Below are positions 25,576 through 35,417 of a stretch of 58,536 nt of DNA, one piece after another. The position numbers and the translations under genes were made by a program. The stretch comes from Macrostomum lignano (taxonomy: Eukaryota). The stretch is from NCBI GenBank assembly GCA_002269645.1, contig NIVC01004138.1, forward strand, positions 1 through 58,536. The letters are read 5' to 3'. Positions within the stretch are counted from its first letter, which is position 1. Each line of letters begins with the position of its first letter. The notes under the pieces were generated by a model. It was given only the letters and a program-made list of their open reading frames with translations, was not told where the DNA came from and searched no databases.

Positions 25576-25729
25576 CTGCAAGTTGTTGGTGGAAGATTCT
25601 CTCATGTCATTTGCTAACTGACCAAAGGACTTCTTGAATTTTTGGCGTCTAGATACTTCCGATTCTCTAATTGTTATAAAAACTTGTCAGATTCTTCCTC
25701 GGGTAGCGACAAAAGTAGTTGAAAACAGC

Positions 25730-25826
25730 AGAGGGACTGTGTGCATCCCAGCGCACTTTAAGCGACATTGTCACACAACCGGCGAGAGGCATTACTGGTA
25801 CTGCTCAGGAAAGTCGGCGGAATGGG
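25730..25826 (-). mobile_element. SINE family A fragment with an internal inversion
   Basis: 25730-25797 is the SINE 3' part on the minus strand; 25798-25826 is the adjacent upstream segment in the opposite orientation. Confidence 0.7.
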
Positions 25827-26049
25827 AACAATGAACCATCAAACTACGAGCTAGAAGAAAGATTCTACACACGAGAAGTTCCCTTAGGGCTGTTTTTGGC
25901 TGGGGCCGATTTCATAAAAAAGCTAAAAGTGATAAGTGACAAGTCGACAAATGACAAGTGACAAGTGTCAAGTGTCAACGATTTTGGTTTCAAAAACATG
26001 GGTCCATACTCGTGTTGAAAATAACTCAGCTTTATGCCTATGGTTGAGA

Positions 26050-27684
26050 GGGGTGCTTTCACAAGGTCGAAATTTCACAAGGTCGAAATTTCACAACATC
26101 GAAAACTCTAGCAGAAGACTTCATAAGGTCGAAATTTCACAACATCGAAAACTCGAAAAGCAGCCACTTTCATAAGGTAGAAATTTCAGAAGGTCGAAAT
26201 TTCACAACATCGAAAACTTTAGCAAGAGACTTCATAAGGTCGAAATTTCACAACATTGAAAACTTTAGCAAGAGACTTCATAAGGTCGAAATTTCACAAC
26301 ATCGAAAACTTTAGCAAAAGACTTCATAAGGTCGAAATTTCACAACATCGAAAACTTTAGCAAAAGACTTCATAAGGTCGAAATTTCACAACATCGAAAA
26401 CTCTAGCAGAAGACTTCATAAGGTCGAAATTTCACAACATCGAAAACTCTAGCAGAAGACTTCATAAGGTCGAAATTTCACAACATCGAAAACTCGAAAA
26501 GCAGCCACTTTCATAAGGTAGAAATTTCAGAAGGTCGAAATTTCACAACATCGAAAACTTTAGCAAAAGACTTCATAAGGTCGAAATTTCACAACATCGA
26601 AAACTTTAGCAAAAGACTACATAAGGTCGAAATTTCACAACATCGAAAACTCTAGCAGAAGACTTCATAAGGTTGAAATTTCGGGGGGGGGGGGTTTCAC
26701 AAACTCGAAATTTCACAACATCGAAAGCACCTTCTTTCACAAGGTCGAAATTTCACAAGGTCGAAATTTCATAACATCGAAAACTCAAATAGCAGCCACT
26801 TTCACAAGGTCGAAACTTCACAAGGTCGAAATTTCACAACATCGAAAGCTTTAGCAAAGGACTTCATAAGGTCGAAATTTCACAACATCGAAAACTCTAG
26901 CAGAAGACTTCATAAGGTCGAAATTTCACAACATCGAAAACTTTAGCAGAAGACTTAATAGTTGTAAGCCTTCGAGGCTTTTCTATATTCTATTGTTGTT
27001 TAGTAGGCCTATATATGTTGTAGGTGTTTTTCTGTTTGTCACTTAGTCTAATTTATCCTAACCAGTCATTGCCAAAGGGCTTTTTTCTCTTTTCAAAGTT
27101 TTTCTCTTTTCCCCTAAATTTATCCTACTTCTGATACCAAATTTTAGGTGCTTTTTACTGCTCAAATTCCAAAATGCTTCCCAACTATATAGCTAAACTT
27201 ACAGCTTATGTAAACTAACCCATCGTCCCAGTAGTCATAAGACACTTAGCAGAGCACTCAGCACTCCTTGACGTTGAACTACTTAAAGAAGAGGTGATTA
27301 AAAACTTCTCTGAACCAAAGCTATTAATTATTAAAACAAAAAATAATAATATAAACATTGACACACAATAAAGACTTTAGTTTTCTACATTGTAAAATTT
27401 TGATATTTTCATACTTGAAGCTGCTAAATTCTCAGTTTTTACATTGTAAGATTTCGATCTTATGAAAGTGGCTGCTATTTGAGTTTTCGACCTTGTGAAA
27501 TTTCGACCTTATGAAGTCTCTTGCTAAAGTTTTCGATGTTGTGAAATTTCGATCTTGTGAAATTTCGACCTTATGAAGTCTCTTGCTAAAGTTTTCGTTC
27601 GATGTTGTGAAATTTCTACCTTATGAAAGTGGCTGCTTTTCGAGTTTTCGATGTTGTGAAATTTCGACCTTGTGAAACCCCCCC
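26050..27684. mobile_element. Foldback-type non-autonomous DNA transposon
   Basis: GGGGTGCTTTCAC...GTGAAACCCCCCC termini; arms built of AAGGTCGAAATTTCACA repeats in opposite orientations; 8-bp TSD GGTTGAGA at 26042-26049 and 27685-27692. Confidence 0.88.
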
Positions 27685-27721
27685 GGTTGAGACACCATAT
27701 GAAATCGATCCAGCCTTTAGA

Positions 27722-27853
27722 CAGGGAAGCCTCTATGGTCGCTGCGCTCCCAGGAAGGGACACTAGTTTAGGCAGCATACAAGTATAGCGGAGTGGGGTG
27801 GGGCGGGTGAGTGTCCCTTCCTGGGGAGCGCAGCGACCATGGAGGCTTCCCTG
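27722..27853. mobile_element. 132-bp hAT-like MITE
   Basis: 43/44-bp near-perfect TIRs with CAGGG...CCCTG termini; CTTTAGA duplicated on both sides (7 bp seen, 8 expected for hAT). Confidence 0.75.
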
Positions 27854-28776
27854 CTTTAGACCACAAACCACAATTTTAGGATCTGTGTTTTAGACAGACT
27901 TGCTTTACGAGCGTAAAGACGGTTCTTCTCGGGCTTGAATACACAGCTTTAATAAAGCTACAAGTGTCACAGCGACTTGTCGAAAACACAAGACACAGAA
28001 GCATCCTAAGCACAGTGCATGTCTATGGACGTCACCCCGAAGAAGCGCTTGTAATTTGTCAAATGTTGCTTGTCACTTGTCACTTGGAACTTGTCGATTT
28101 ACCTGTCTGTCGAGCTAGGTCGAGACTGTCGAGCTACAGTCAAGTTGTAGCTGTTTTTATGAAACGAATTATTTTGCGGAATTGTCACTTGTCACTTGTC
28201 ACTTGTCGATTTGTCAAGTTGTAGCTGTTTTTATGAAACGCATTATTTTGCGGAATTGTCACTTGTCACTTGTTACTTGTCGATTTGTCAAGTTGTAGCT
28301 GTTTTTATGAAACGCATTATTTTGCGGAATTGTCACTTGTCACTTGTCACTTGTATGACAAGTGCTTTATGAAATAGGCCCCTGGCAAAATGCATTATAT
28401 AGGTAGAAGGTTTGCAGTCTTCGTAACGATCACCTTCGGAGCTTTCAAATTGCAAGAGACAAAAAGATGCATCTCAAAAATCAGCTTCCAGAAATATTTT
28501 CAAGATTGCGAGGGTAGCGTCTTGCTTTAGCCGCTGAACATGTTTCTACAAGGACCTGCTCAGTAAGGAAAAAGGCAAGAGCTTTAATTACAGAGGCTTT
28601 TTGCCCTTAAATGGGGGTCGCGTTGACTCTCCTTGTAATTTTACAACTAAAGCAGATTGTATAGAAAGATTTGGAAATTTAGTGCTTTACAAGTGCGTTT
28701 TCAGACTTTCCAGTTTGGTTCCATTTTTATTGACTACGCCACTTCTTGGTTCATTAACGTAGATGAATGTGTATAC

Positions 28777-29045
28777 CTGTCTCTCCTCAAGGCAGACGGA
28801 CATCCGGGATCCGCGAGCGTACTCCCGATAGATGACCGTGTCGCTAGGCTCTTTGCACACCTTCACTTTGTCGATGTTTTTCGGTTTCAAGTGTCTCACA
28901 GAGTCGCAGGTGCTGCGAGATATCTGCAGATTGCCGAGCTTGTGCAGGAATAGAGCGATAGCGGCGGCCCAGCCAGTCAGCACTAGCAGGAAAATCATCG
29001 CGTCGGTTATGGTCCAGCGGGGCATCGAGAGCAAAACCGACGAGC
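28777..29045 (-). CDS. Transmembrane exon of an FNDC4/5-like gene
   Basis: CTTAG acceptor (phase 1) and GTATAC donor (phase 0). DAMIFLLVLTGWAAAIALFLHK resembles the FNDC5 TM segment EVLIIVVVLFMWAGVIALFCRQ. Confidence 0.7.
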
Positions 29046-30494
29046 CTAAGGAATCATTGTATCAATTTAGAAACTTTCTAGTTAAACCCAATGTAAATTA
29101 CAACCATAGTTATAAGGGCTGTTCGTTGGGATTCTGATACTGACTGATTTCGATCTGACTACCTATCGAGAAGGCATGGAGCTGTCCAATTCCCTGAGCC
29201 GAAGTGGGCGAAGGTGATCGCCTAAAGGTGAAATCGCAATTCATTTTCTTGGTCCTCGTCACTTGAAGAGCCGTGCCGCAGCAACGAACTGACCTAGAGA
29301 AGCTTTCCAACACTTCACTGAATCATTGAATGTTGCTCTTAAATGTGGTAGTAAAAAATTACACGCAAACTATCACTAATCACCATCCCAACGAACAGCC
29401 CTAGATATAACCTTTAAATGTACTAATCATTGAGCATAGAAAACTGCACTCAGGCATAGAGCCAGCGGCGCAGTAAACTCAATTGCAGATTAATTGATAT
29501 TACAAATATAACGCAGGAAAAGCAATTTGCTTATTTTATGAGCATCAAATAGATAAGCGCGAGGCTCTTATCCTCGTGCACCAACAGATCTACTGGTACA
29601 AATACGCTGTAGCAAACTGAGATACTCAGATTAACGAGGCTCGCCGAGTCTTTGCGAGCGCAATCAGCTAAACCTGTTTGCCCAAGGTGCATTAAATCCC
29701 AGGTAAATTTAGGAGCATTTAATGGTCGCAGTCTCATCTCATCCGACCGCTTCCGAAATTTTTTATACAGCCACAGGGCACTGGCAGCAATTTATGCGAA
29801 AGCTATTATTATTCCTACAGCTCGACTGATAGATAGACAAAGCTGAAGGGGGAGGATGGTTAATAAAGTAAGCCAGCTATGAGAGAGGGAGGAGCGCGGC
29901 TCAGATTTCTTCAACGTTTCAGTCGACTGAGAGATTAGGCCAACTGAGGGGACAGGATTTACATCCCATAGCGCACGAATGCTGAGTAGCTTTGCCAAGC
30001 GTATAAAGTTAGAGCTAGAGGAGGGGGGGGCGGCTGCAACGGGGGAATCTCTGTCGATCTTTTTTTAAGCAACAGGGGTTAGCCATCGCCAGTGGAAGTG
30101 CTCCTGATGTTCACCAGCCAAATTTAGGAGCCCGTTGTAAAACAACAATAAAGAGAGCCCGGTCAGGCTATATAGTCAGGATAAAAGCTGCTGTTTGAAA
30201 TAGTTTACGGACAGTGGCAGTGCGCAGGCATTGGAAACGGTGCATATGGCGCTGCAGAAAGTTGCAATGGGCTGAAGGCATTGCCTTCCATTTTTTACGA
30301 CTCTTCTCAGCTTACCATTACACCATGCGATGGGTACACGAAGTTTTTAAATAAATTCAACAACAAGAGAATAAAATATGTTGTTGTTTGAGAACTATTT
30401 GAGATGAATTTTTGGTAAACTTGGCGTTAATCCTTGGCGCTCCAGTGATGATAAAAACTTGGAGATGTAATTCATAAATACTTGTTGATAATAA

Positions 30495-30805
30495 TTAAAA
30501 AGAATAATTAATTACTCGTACAATTGCCCTATTGGCAGATGTGCAAACGAGAGCTCAGCCGCAGCTATTGCGCGGCGCATCTAAAGGCTGTGTACGGCTG
30601 TTCAGTCCAAGGACTGGGGGGTCGCGACACACACCCTCAATTACCCCAGCTAATGCTGGCACCCATTTCACAGGTGGGTGAACTGAAGCAAACGCAGAGT
30701 TAAGTGCCTTGCTCAAGGACACAAATTGTTCTGAGTGGGTCGAAAATCGAACCCCCGACCTTTCAGTCATAAGTCCGACGCTCTGACCACTGGCCTAGTG
30801 GTTGT
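30495..30805 (-). mobile_element. CORE-like SINE family B copy
   Basis: Aligns with 24595-24900; A-box-like TAGGCCAGTGG and B-box GGTTCGATTT. Confidence 0.8.
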
Positions 30806-30903
30806 TGATAATTAGATAATGGACAACCGGGGCCAAATAAAATTAGTTTGTTCGCTTCCTGCCGCGCACACTCAGTAGATTCACTCACTGGAATTAGTCC
30901 TAC

Positions 30904-31293
30904 CTCCGGGGACTTGAGTGTCGTTTCCCATCACAAAGACCAACGTCTGCGCCTCGCGACAATAGGTGCCTGTCGGTTCCTCTAGCACCGCGAAGTCGAC
31001 TCGATAGCGCCTAGACCAGACCAGGCCGCGCAGCGGGTGCTGTTTGGCGTCGCAGGCCAAGTACGCTAGACCGTTCGCCCCGCTCAGACGGCTGAGATTT
31101 CCGCGTTGAGCACCGACCGCGAAGACTCGCAGCTCGAGCTCGCGACAGCCGTGACGGTCAGTCGACGGGATGGCGTCCCAGCGGAGCAGGCCGGTTGTGG
31201 CGTCGCTGTTGGTTGCCTCGACTCGGGCGTTCAATCGGTGGGCGCAGACTGGGGAGACTTCAGGGCTGCTGGCTGACTCGCTCGGAGTTGCTG
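30904..31293 (-). CDS. Probable fibronectin type III exon of the same gene
   Basis: CACAG(CAG) acceptor and GTAGGA donor; 390-nt phase 1-1 exon; LLRWDAIP and GLVWSRRYRVDF give the FN3 W and LxxxxxY spacing. In frame with the TM exon. Confidence 0.55.
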
Positions 31294-32130
31294 CTGTGGG
31301 GTGATGGAGTAAGCAGTGTCTTGCTTTTGTACTCAGCTATGTCTGTAGATACGGAGTCCGGGAATTATCCGTCTGTCTTCCCTCAATCTCTGCCCAACCC
31401 GCTGTCGAATAGAAATCTTTTGTAGCTCTGCTACCCTGTTTTGCACAGTTCTCACCTGCACTCGGCCGGGCCACACTGAAAAGCTTATAATAACTCGGGC
31501 AGAAGGATTCAAAGAGCAAAAGCTGAATTCACTTATGCAGATCCGAGTGGACTGCCTGTCCGTTGTAGTGTTTCCTTTTACTTTTCTCCTCTCTACTGCT
31601 CCATAGGGAACTGGACATTTTCTATCCCCTCGCACTGAGCTTCTCCGGCTAGCGCTCCACCCTGGCAACCCAGATCGTATTGGCTGCTTTAGGCTTGCCA
31701 GCTTGATTCGCCAATGCCGACATGGACACACGATTGACAAGAAAACCAGTTCTCGACAGCATACCGTAATAATGAGGATACAGCATGGGACAATGAAGCA
31801 CTAACTTAGTCCACTTTCCTTTTTTGGATCTTGATTTCGTAAAGATTTCGATAGGCAATACAGTAAAACAAATGCAAACGAAAGAATAAGACGGAAATAC
31901 GATCGTCTCTGTCTAAGGCTTCGATCACTAGGCTGTGCATCTCATTACCGATATTTGTCCAATATCTATGTTTTTGGCTTGCGGGCTGTCCCCCTCTGTT
32001 CGTCTGGGAGCCGTTTCATAGCCAGTGTCGCTATCATCATCTTCACAGCTTATATTGTTGCTGATTTGTAGGTTAGATAGCTATGGTTAGCCTTTAGTAG
32101 AAACGAGAGGACTAAGTGCTAATGCTCCAA

Positions 32131-32398
32131 AGTAGTAGGAAAGTGGTACCCTCTACCGCCATCGCACGGGATTGGCCGGGGCACCCGGCCAATGAGGGGA
32201 GAGGGCGCCCCGAAGACGCCCACCCCGACGCCAAACCCACCCCGACCCCCAAACCCACCCCGACCCCAAACCCACCACCGCCACGCACCCAATCCCGACC
32301 CCAAACCCACGCACCCACCCCCGACCCCAAACCAGGCCCCCTCCTGTCCTACACCCCTCCTGTCCTGCACCCCGTGCATCCCATACCAAGACCCCCTC
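32131..32398 (+). repeat. Polinton left TIR, followed by ~39-bp tandem repeats to ~32650
   Basis: Reverse complement of ~42840-43105. Confidence 0.95.
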
Positions 32399-33136
32399 CT
32401 GTCCTGCACCCCGTGCATCCCATACCAAGACCCCCTCCTGTCCTGCACCCCATGCATCCCATACCAAGACCCCCTCCTGTCCTTCACCCCTCCTGTCCTG
32501 CACCCCGTGCATCCCATACCAAGACCCCCTCCTGTCCTACACCCCTCCTGTCCTGCACCCCGTGCATCCCATACCAAGACCCCCTCCTGTCCTGCACCCC
32601 ATGCATCCCATACCAAGGCCCCCTCCTACGCCTTGCCCCATCCCATGTAGCAAGGTCCTTCTATCCTGTACCCTAACCAAAACCAATTCCCCCCTCCTAA
32701 TTCCTAAACCCAAGTCTTATTACCTGTCTCACTTACCGCCTTTAAAGCTAGCCAAGGCAAAACCCTCATTCCATGCTTTGGTTGTACTGTATCTTGCTGT
32801 GGCGGGTACAGCGTGAGGTCGTTAGACCTAGAACGCTACTTCTTGGCGGCCAGAGGGCCGCAAGAAGGTCCCGCCACCTCCTGTTACGTTGATGGCTGAG
32901 ACTTTGTTAAGGCCCGAGTTCCTGCGAAAGGGCTGCTGTGTGGGGGTTGGATTTGGGGTTCGGATTAGTTATTGCTATGGAACAGGAGCTGGTTTCTAAA
33001 TGGCTGAGTGGTCCCCGGAAGGGCTCCTGATTTGCCGAGAGTTCCTGCGAGAGGGCTGTTGTGTGGGGTTGGATTCGGGGTTCGGATTGGTTATTGCTAT
33101 GGAGCGGGAGCTGGTGTTACTTACCAACTCTCGTCG

Positions 33137-33143
33137 TATATAA
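33137..33143 (+). promoter_or_regulatory. Candidate TATA box of the PC4-like gene
   Basis: TATATAA about 40 nt upstream of the ATG at 33183. Confidence 0.45.
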
Positions 33144-33182
33144 TCTCGCACACAGCCGGAAGGAAAGCTCACAGTGAACAAA

Positions 33183-33824
33183 ATGAACTTCAAGACATTA
33201 TCGAACAGATTTCGAATCGGCGTCAGGTCGCACTCGAAGTGCATCAGCATCAGAAAGTGGTACAAATTTGATGAAGAGTATCGACCAGGTCTGCCTGGCA
33301 TGGAGCTCACCGTCCACCAGTTTTGCCACTTGGGCAGCCTGAAGGAACGACTGGAAGAGTTTGCAAGAAAGTGTATCGATGCGCAATGCCTTCTGGGTGG
33401 CAACAGGCAAGTGGTTGTGCAAAATGGCGTAATCACACTCTGGCGCCTTCCAACTGTACTCGGACCGCCGGTGCACCTAAGGCACGCCTTACCGCTTCCT
33501 ACAAAACTTTGGCGCGAAGTCTGGGCTCAAAAGCATTGGGTCCTAGACAAAATTGACAAGCGAGAACCTCCGGTCAAGCCACCGATCGGCGATCCATGGT
33601 GGATGGGATACCACCCTACGGAGCCTGAAGAGTGTGCAGCATGGGCAGCAAGGCTTACATTGATGCAAGTACACCTGACAGGCAGCCGGCAGAGTGGGAC
33701 GACCACTGGGAGGCTTTCCAGGCAGTTCAGGCTGAATTTAGAAAGAGATTTGCATCCGAAACTCTGGAAGAGCCATCAACAGCTGAGAAGAACCAACAGC
33801 CTTCATGCCACCAGCCACCAATGA
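33183..33824 (+). CDS. PC4/Sub1-like ssDNA-binding or coactivator domain protein
   Basis: CISIRKWYKFDEEYRPGLPGMELTVHQFCHL aligns with PC4 [38 protein letters not shown] at 34109 downstream. Confidence 0.7.
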   Translation: MNFKTLSNRFRIGVRSHSKCISIRKWYKFDEEYRPGLPGMELTVHQFCHLGSLKERLEEFARKCIDAQCLLGGNRQVVVQNGVITLWRLPTVLGPPVHLRHALPLPTKLWREVWAQKHWVLDKIDKREPPVKPPIGDPWWMGYHPTEPEECAAWAARLTLMQVHLTGSRQSGTTTGRLSRQFRLNLERDLHPKLWKSHQQLRRTNSLHATSHQ

Positions 33825-34310
33825 AGCGACGCGCAATGCATGAAGCGACAACTGGTCATTTCGTCAAGTAACTTTTTTTTAAATATAGTTTTGAACCATA
33901 GTACTGATCATGCACTGTTGTATATACTGCTTTGTCAATACTGGCTATAATATTGCCCCATGATGCTTTAATTTCTTGCGATAATACCTGTTTTGTAAAT
34001 ACAGGCGACGGGCCTTAATACTGCCCTTCCATTCTTCATAAACTTTTTTTTTGTGCTAATAGGAGCTTTTAACATGTAATTTTATGCTTTGCAATCCATG
34101 GACCTGCCAATAAAATAAACAAAAAAAAACGTTTCATTTTTGTTAGCATTGTTGCACAAACATAGTTGCATTCGCGTTTATTTTTTCTTATCTTTTGTAC
34201 ACAAAAAATACAGAAGTAAAGTTATAGGAAAAATATTATTATTATTATTATTATTATTATTACTCAGTGCATAGGCAGATCTCACTACTACTGTTATGCC
34301 GTAGAGGAGC

Positions 34311-34908
34311 TCAGTCAGAGTCCAGCAAAGTAGGTTCGGATGCTTGGTCTGCATGCAAAATGCGGGAGAGGGCATCAGCTGCAGTCTGAGCCTCAACCAC
34401 GCTGCGAGCACCAGCTATTATACAGCGATATGAATGAAACAAAATCAACTTTACAGAGCAGTAAACTCGAGCACAAGTCCGTTAAACATTTCCGGCTCGT
34501 AGGTGGCCCGATGCGGCCATTTAGACTTGACTTCCCCCAACCGGAGTGGATGCCGACCCGCGGGAAAGGCGTCACAGAGGTAATAGTCTTGATGCGAATC
34601 TGGGGCAGACTGGTCAATCGCAAGAAGTCCGCACACAGCTTCACAATCTTCTCTGTCTCTGCGAGAGCTTCCTCCATGCTTTTGGCTCCACAGACAGACA
34701 CTTGTCCGGTCGGATACACCAGCGCGGTTACTCGATGCTGCCCGCTCTTCATCACCACAGCCAGTGTTCGAGGATGAACCAGGCGATGGCGGATTGTGTG
34801 ATACTGAGGCAGATGAAGAGTCAGGAAATTCGCTAGTTGTGGCAGACCCACCCGGGTCGCCAGGTCGGCTCCTGTCACGATGTTTGTTACGCGAATTGTT
34901 GCGGCCAT
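34311..34908 (-). CDS. TATA-binding-protein-like gene, two -1 frameshifts as assembled
   Basis: Repeat 1: VTNIV...LAVVMK...TALVYPTGQVSVCGAKSMEEA. Next frame: ATYEPEMFNGLVLEF. Third frame: SVKLILFHSYRCIIAGARSVVEAQTAADAL. About 199 aa once joined. Confidence 0.8.
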
Positions 34909-34953
34909 CTTTAGACAATCGAGAGAAATGCCAGTGCCTGCTGCAGATCGCTA

Positions 34954-34961
34954 CTTTTATA
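34954..34961 (-). promoter_or_regulatory. Consensus TATA box upstream of the TBP-like gene
   Basis: TATAAAAG about 45 nt upstream of the ATG at 34908. Confidence 0.55.
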
Positions 34962-35417
34962 GACCCGTAGCCGCGAGGCCGCAGCCAATCAGCGTACAGC
35001 GCCACCTTGGCCAGGGCGCAGGGTAGCACGTACTTCGAGGCACTCGGAAAGGCCAGGTGTGCGAGGTCGTAGACAGGCTGTAGCAGCAGACGCGACAGGA
35101 ACTGGCACTTGACATCCCCCTTGCTAATATCGGGCCTTGCAAGTGGAGATATCGCTCCAGAGACAAGAGTAGGGTCGGAACCCACTCCTGTCCCAGTCTA
35201 GACCGTGCCGCTTATTGGTGAGCCAGTAGCAGGTTCGTCGCTGTCCTCGATCAAAGAGCTCAAAGCTGTGCGGCGGTCGGTAGCAATAGTAATGAGCCGT
35301 CGTTTGACCGCATGCAAACTCAACCCATGCAATTTCCTTAATCACAAAGTCCTCTGTTTTGTAGAGGTGCGGAAATCCTTCAAAATCAATGACAATCATC
35401 TTGGCCACTTGATCCAC
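34957..35417 (-). CDS. Stand-alone DEDD/DnaQ-like exonuclease, frameshift near 35130
   Basis: VIDFEGF...FVIKEIAW...RPP...WLTNKRHGLDW, continuing in the next frame as SKGDVKCQFL...VYDL...CALAKVALYADWL. This pattern is familiar from Polinton-associated ORFs. The 3' end is uncertain. Confidence 0.65.

Larger units (their letters stand above)
25903..28381. mobile_element. PIF/Harbinger-like MITE hosting nested insertions
   Basis: 16-bp TIR GGGCC(G/T)ATTTCATAAA; 3-bp TSD CTG at 25900-25902 and 28382-28384; inverted subterminal TGACAAG repeats; ~74-bp tandem units at ~28110-28350. Confidence 0.75.

Noticed and set aside
26055-26960. Regular repeats resembling a CRISPR array (also 51980-53010)
   Set aside because: No unique spacers, no cas genes, eukaryotic context; explained as foldback arms with TSDs.
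32172-32192. Adenovirus-type NFI site in the TIR
   Set aside because: TTGGC and GCCAA are 11 nt apart, not the canonical 5.
32116-32676. Pro-rich ORFs at the Polinton ends (also 42529-43129)
   Set aside because: Translations of TIR and subterminal repeats; they cross the element boundary.
34451-35185. 244-aa ORF as a single gene
   Set aside because: A chimera of the exonuclease C-terminus, an off-frame middle and part of TBP repeat 2.
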